A stretch of DNA of 64,000 nt from the human T2T-CHM13v2.0 reference genome, Homo sapiens, in assembly GCF_009914755.1 (NCBI RefSeq), contig NC_060931.1, one strand, 5' to 3'. Below, piece after piece: positions 62,649 through 64,000 of this stretch. The notes beneath the pieces are model-generated. The model searched no databases and was not told the DNA's origin. It saw nothing but the letters and a program-made list of their open reading frames with translations. Made by a program: the position numbers and the translations under genes. How positions within the stretch are numbered: position 1 is the stretch's first letter; each line of letters opens with the position of its first letter.

Positions 62649-64000
62649 GTTGCTCAGATGCTCATTTATAAGCTTGCATTTAAAACATGTCTGTAATAAA
62701 ATGAATGTGAGATAAATAAACTAAGCCTACAAGTGGACATTAAGTAATTGACTTAGAATTTCATTCTGAAGAAGTAGAGTGTTAACTTATGGGAGCCCCT
62801 ACAGGGGGATACACCTTGACACAGCTGACTTCACACAACCATTGTTGAAAGAAAGACATGTTGATTTTGCCTCAAATCAATCAATCAATAAAATATTTAT
62901 AAATACCATAAAACCCCAATTTTTAAAAGAATTGTAATGCAATGTAAACAAGAGGGAGGCTCAATCCAAGCCAGCCCTTCCTCTCTCTCTCTCTCTCACT
63001 CCATAGTCAGCCTTCCAGCTGGCTGCATGGAGCTTGGTAGGTGGGATCAGGGTTTGGGTAAGGGTAAAAGGGGACATTTTTAAAGGATGCTGTTTGGCAG
63101 ATGGCTCACTCCTCTAGGACTGGTGAAGCGAAGCGGCAGCAGGCATGCTCAGGGTCTACACATAGGTCTGGTCTGCAATGAGGAAGCCTCTAGGATAGAC
63201 ATAGAGGTTACTCTTTTTTCCCTTTTGGGCTAATGGTGAAACTTCCAGAATGCAGCATGAGGCTTTTGGTACTAACTCCTCCACCATTAAGTCCATCTGA
63301 GGATGATGACAGAGAGACAAATATATTGAGGGAGGATTATGCTCTAGGTGTAGACAAACTGGAAGACAGAAAGTTGTGTTAACGAATGTTCACATTACTT
63401 TTGAGGAGTGTGTGTGTGGGTGTGTGTTCTTGTGTGTCTGTGATGTATGTGTTTTAAGAGATTAAAAAAAGAATAATTGTATCAGAAAATATAGGCTGCC
63501 CACTTGAAGCCTTCTCATAGCAAAGAGTAATGAAGGCCTTGCAAGTCTGCCTGCCTTCTTGGTTCATTGGTTCCTATAAATACATGGATTTGGAAGAAGT
63601 ATCAAAGATACACATTAAATCTTTTTTACATATCATGTATTTTTCTCAATAGATTAATAATGAACAAAACTCCTTTAGTCCTTCTGTATTTTATTTAGTT
63701 ACACACAACATTAAAAACCCAATAAAAAAGAAAAGAAAAATATAACTCTTCCAAAAGTCGAATTTTTGATTGGTCCACACTTGCCCTCTGTCCCAAGATC
63801 CTTTTTTCCAGGATCTAACATAATAGGTCTAGTTTTACATTCTTTTTTAGTGCACTGTTTATATTAATATTGGCTTGTAAATGCTTGGCTGTGATAGACA
63901 GCATGTGAAGCTCCCTGTGATCTCTGAGTGGCTATGGTCTTGAATCCTGGGGATGAGCACTAATTTTCATTGTCATTACTCTATTGCACAATTACTTTTC

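Overview
This is primate (human-like) non-coding DNA, intergenic or intronic, AT-rich and CpG-poor. No ORF in the track resembles a cellular protein. They are L1 ORF1/ORF2 remnants, Alu or LTR read-throughs, low-complexity translations or chance ORFs. The largest feature is a full-length, decayed ~9-kb L1PA16-like LINE-1 (11655-20660, +). It sits in a MIR and carries an Alu nested inside another Alu. Its ~3.3-kb 5'UTR is largely an array of about nine ~265-bp diverged monomers, five with a YY1-type core. Also present: older L1M fragments (one with a 5' inversion), nine Alus, solo MaLR/ERVL LTRs (most with 5-bp TSDs), a Tigger3 MITE and a MER53. Near the right end, a truncated LTR8/HUERS-P1 provirus contains a THE1D-like LTR and an HERV-H LTR7-family solo LTR. 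Subfamily names come from recalled consensus features, not a database search. Boundaries without a TSD are approximate. I found no evidence for a new gene-encoded system. The noteworthy signals are retroelement architecture, repair scars and candidate enhancer motif clusters.
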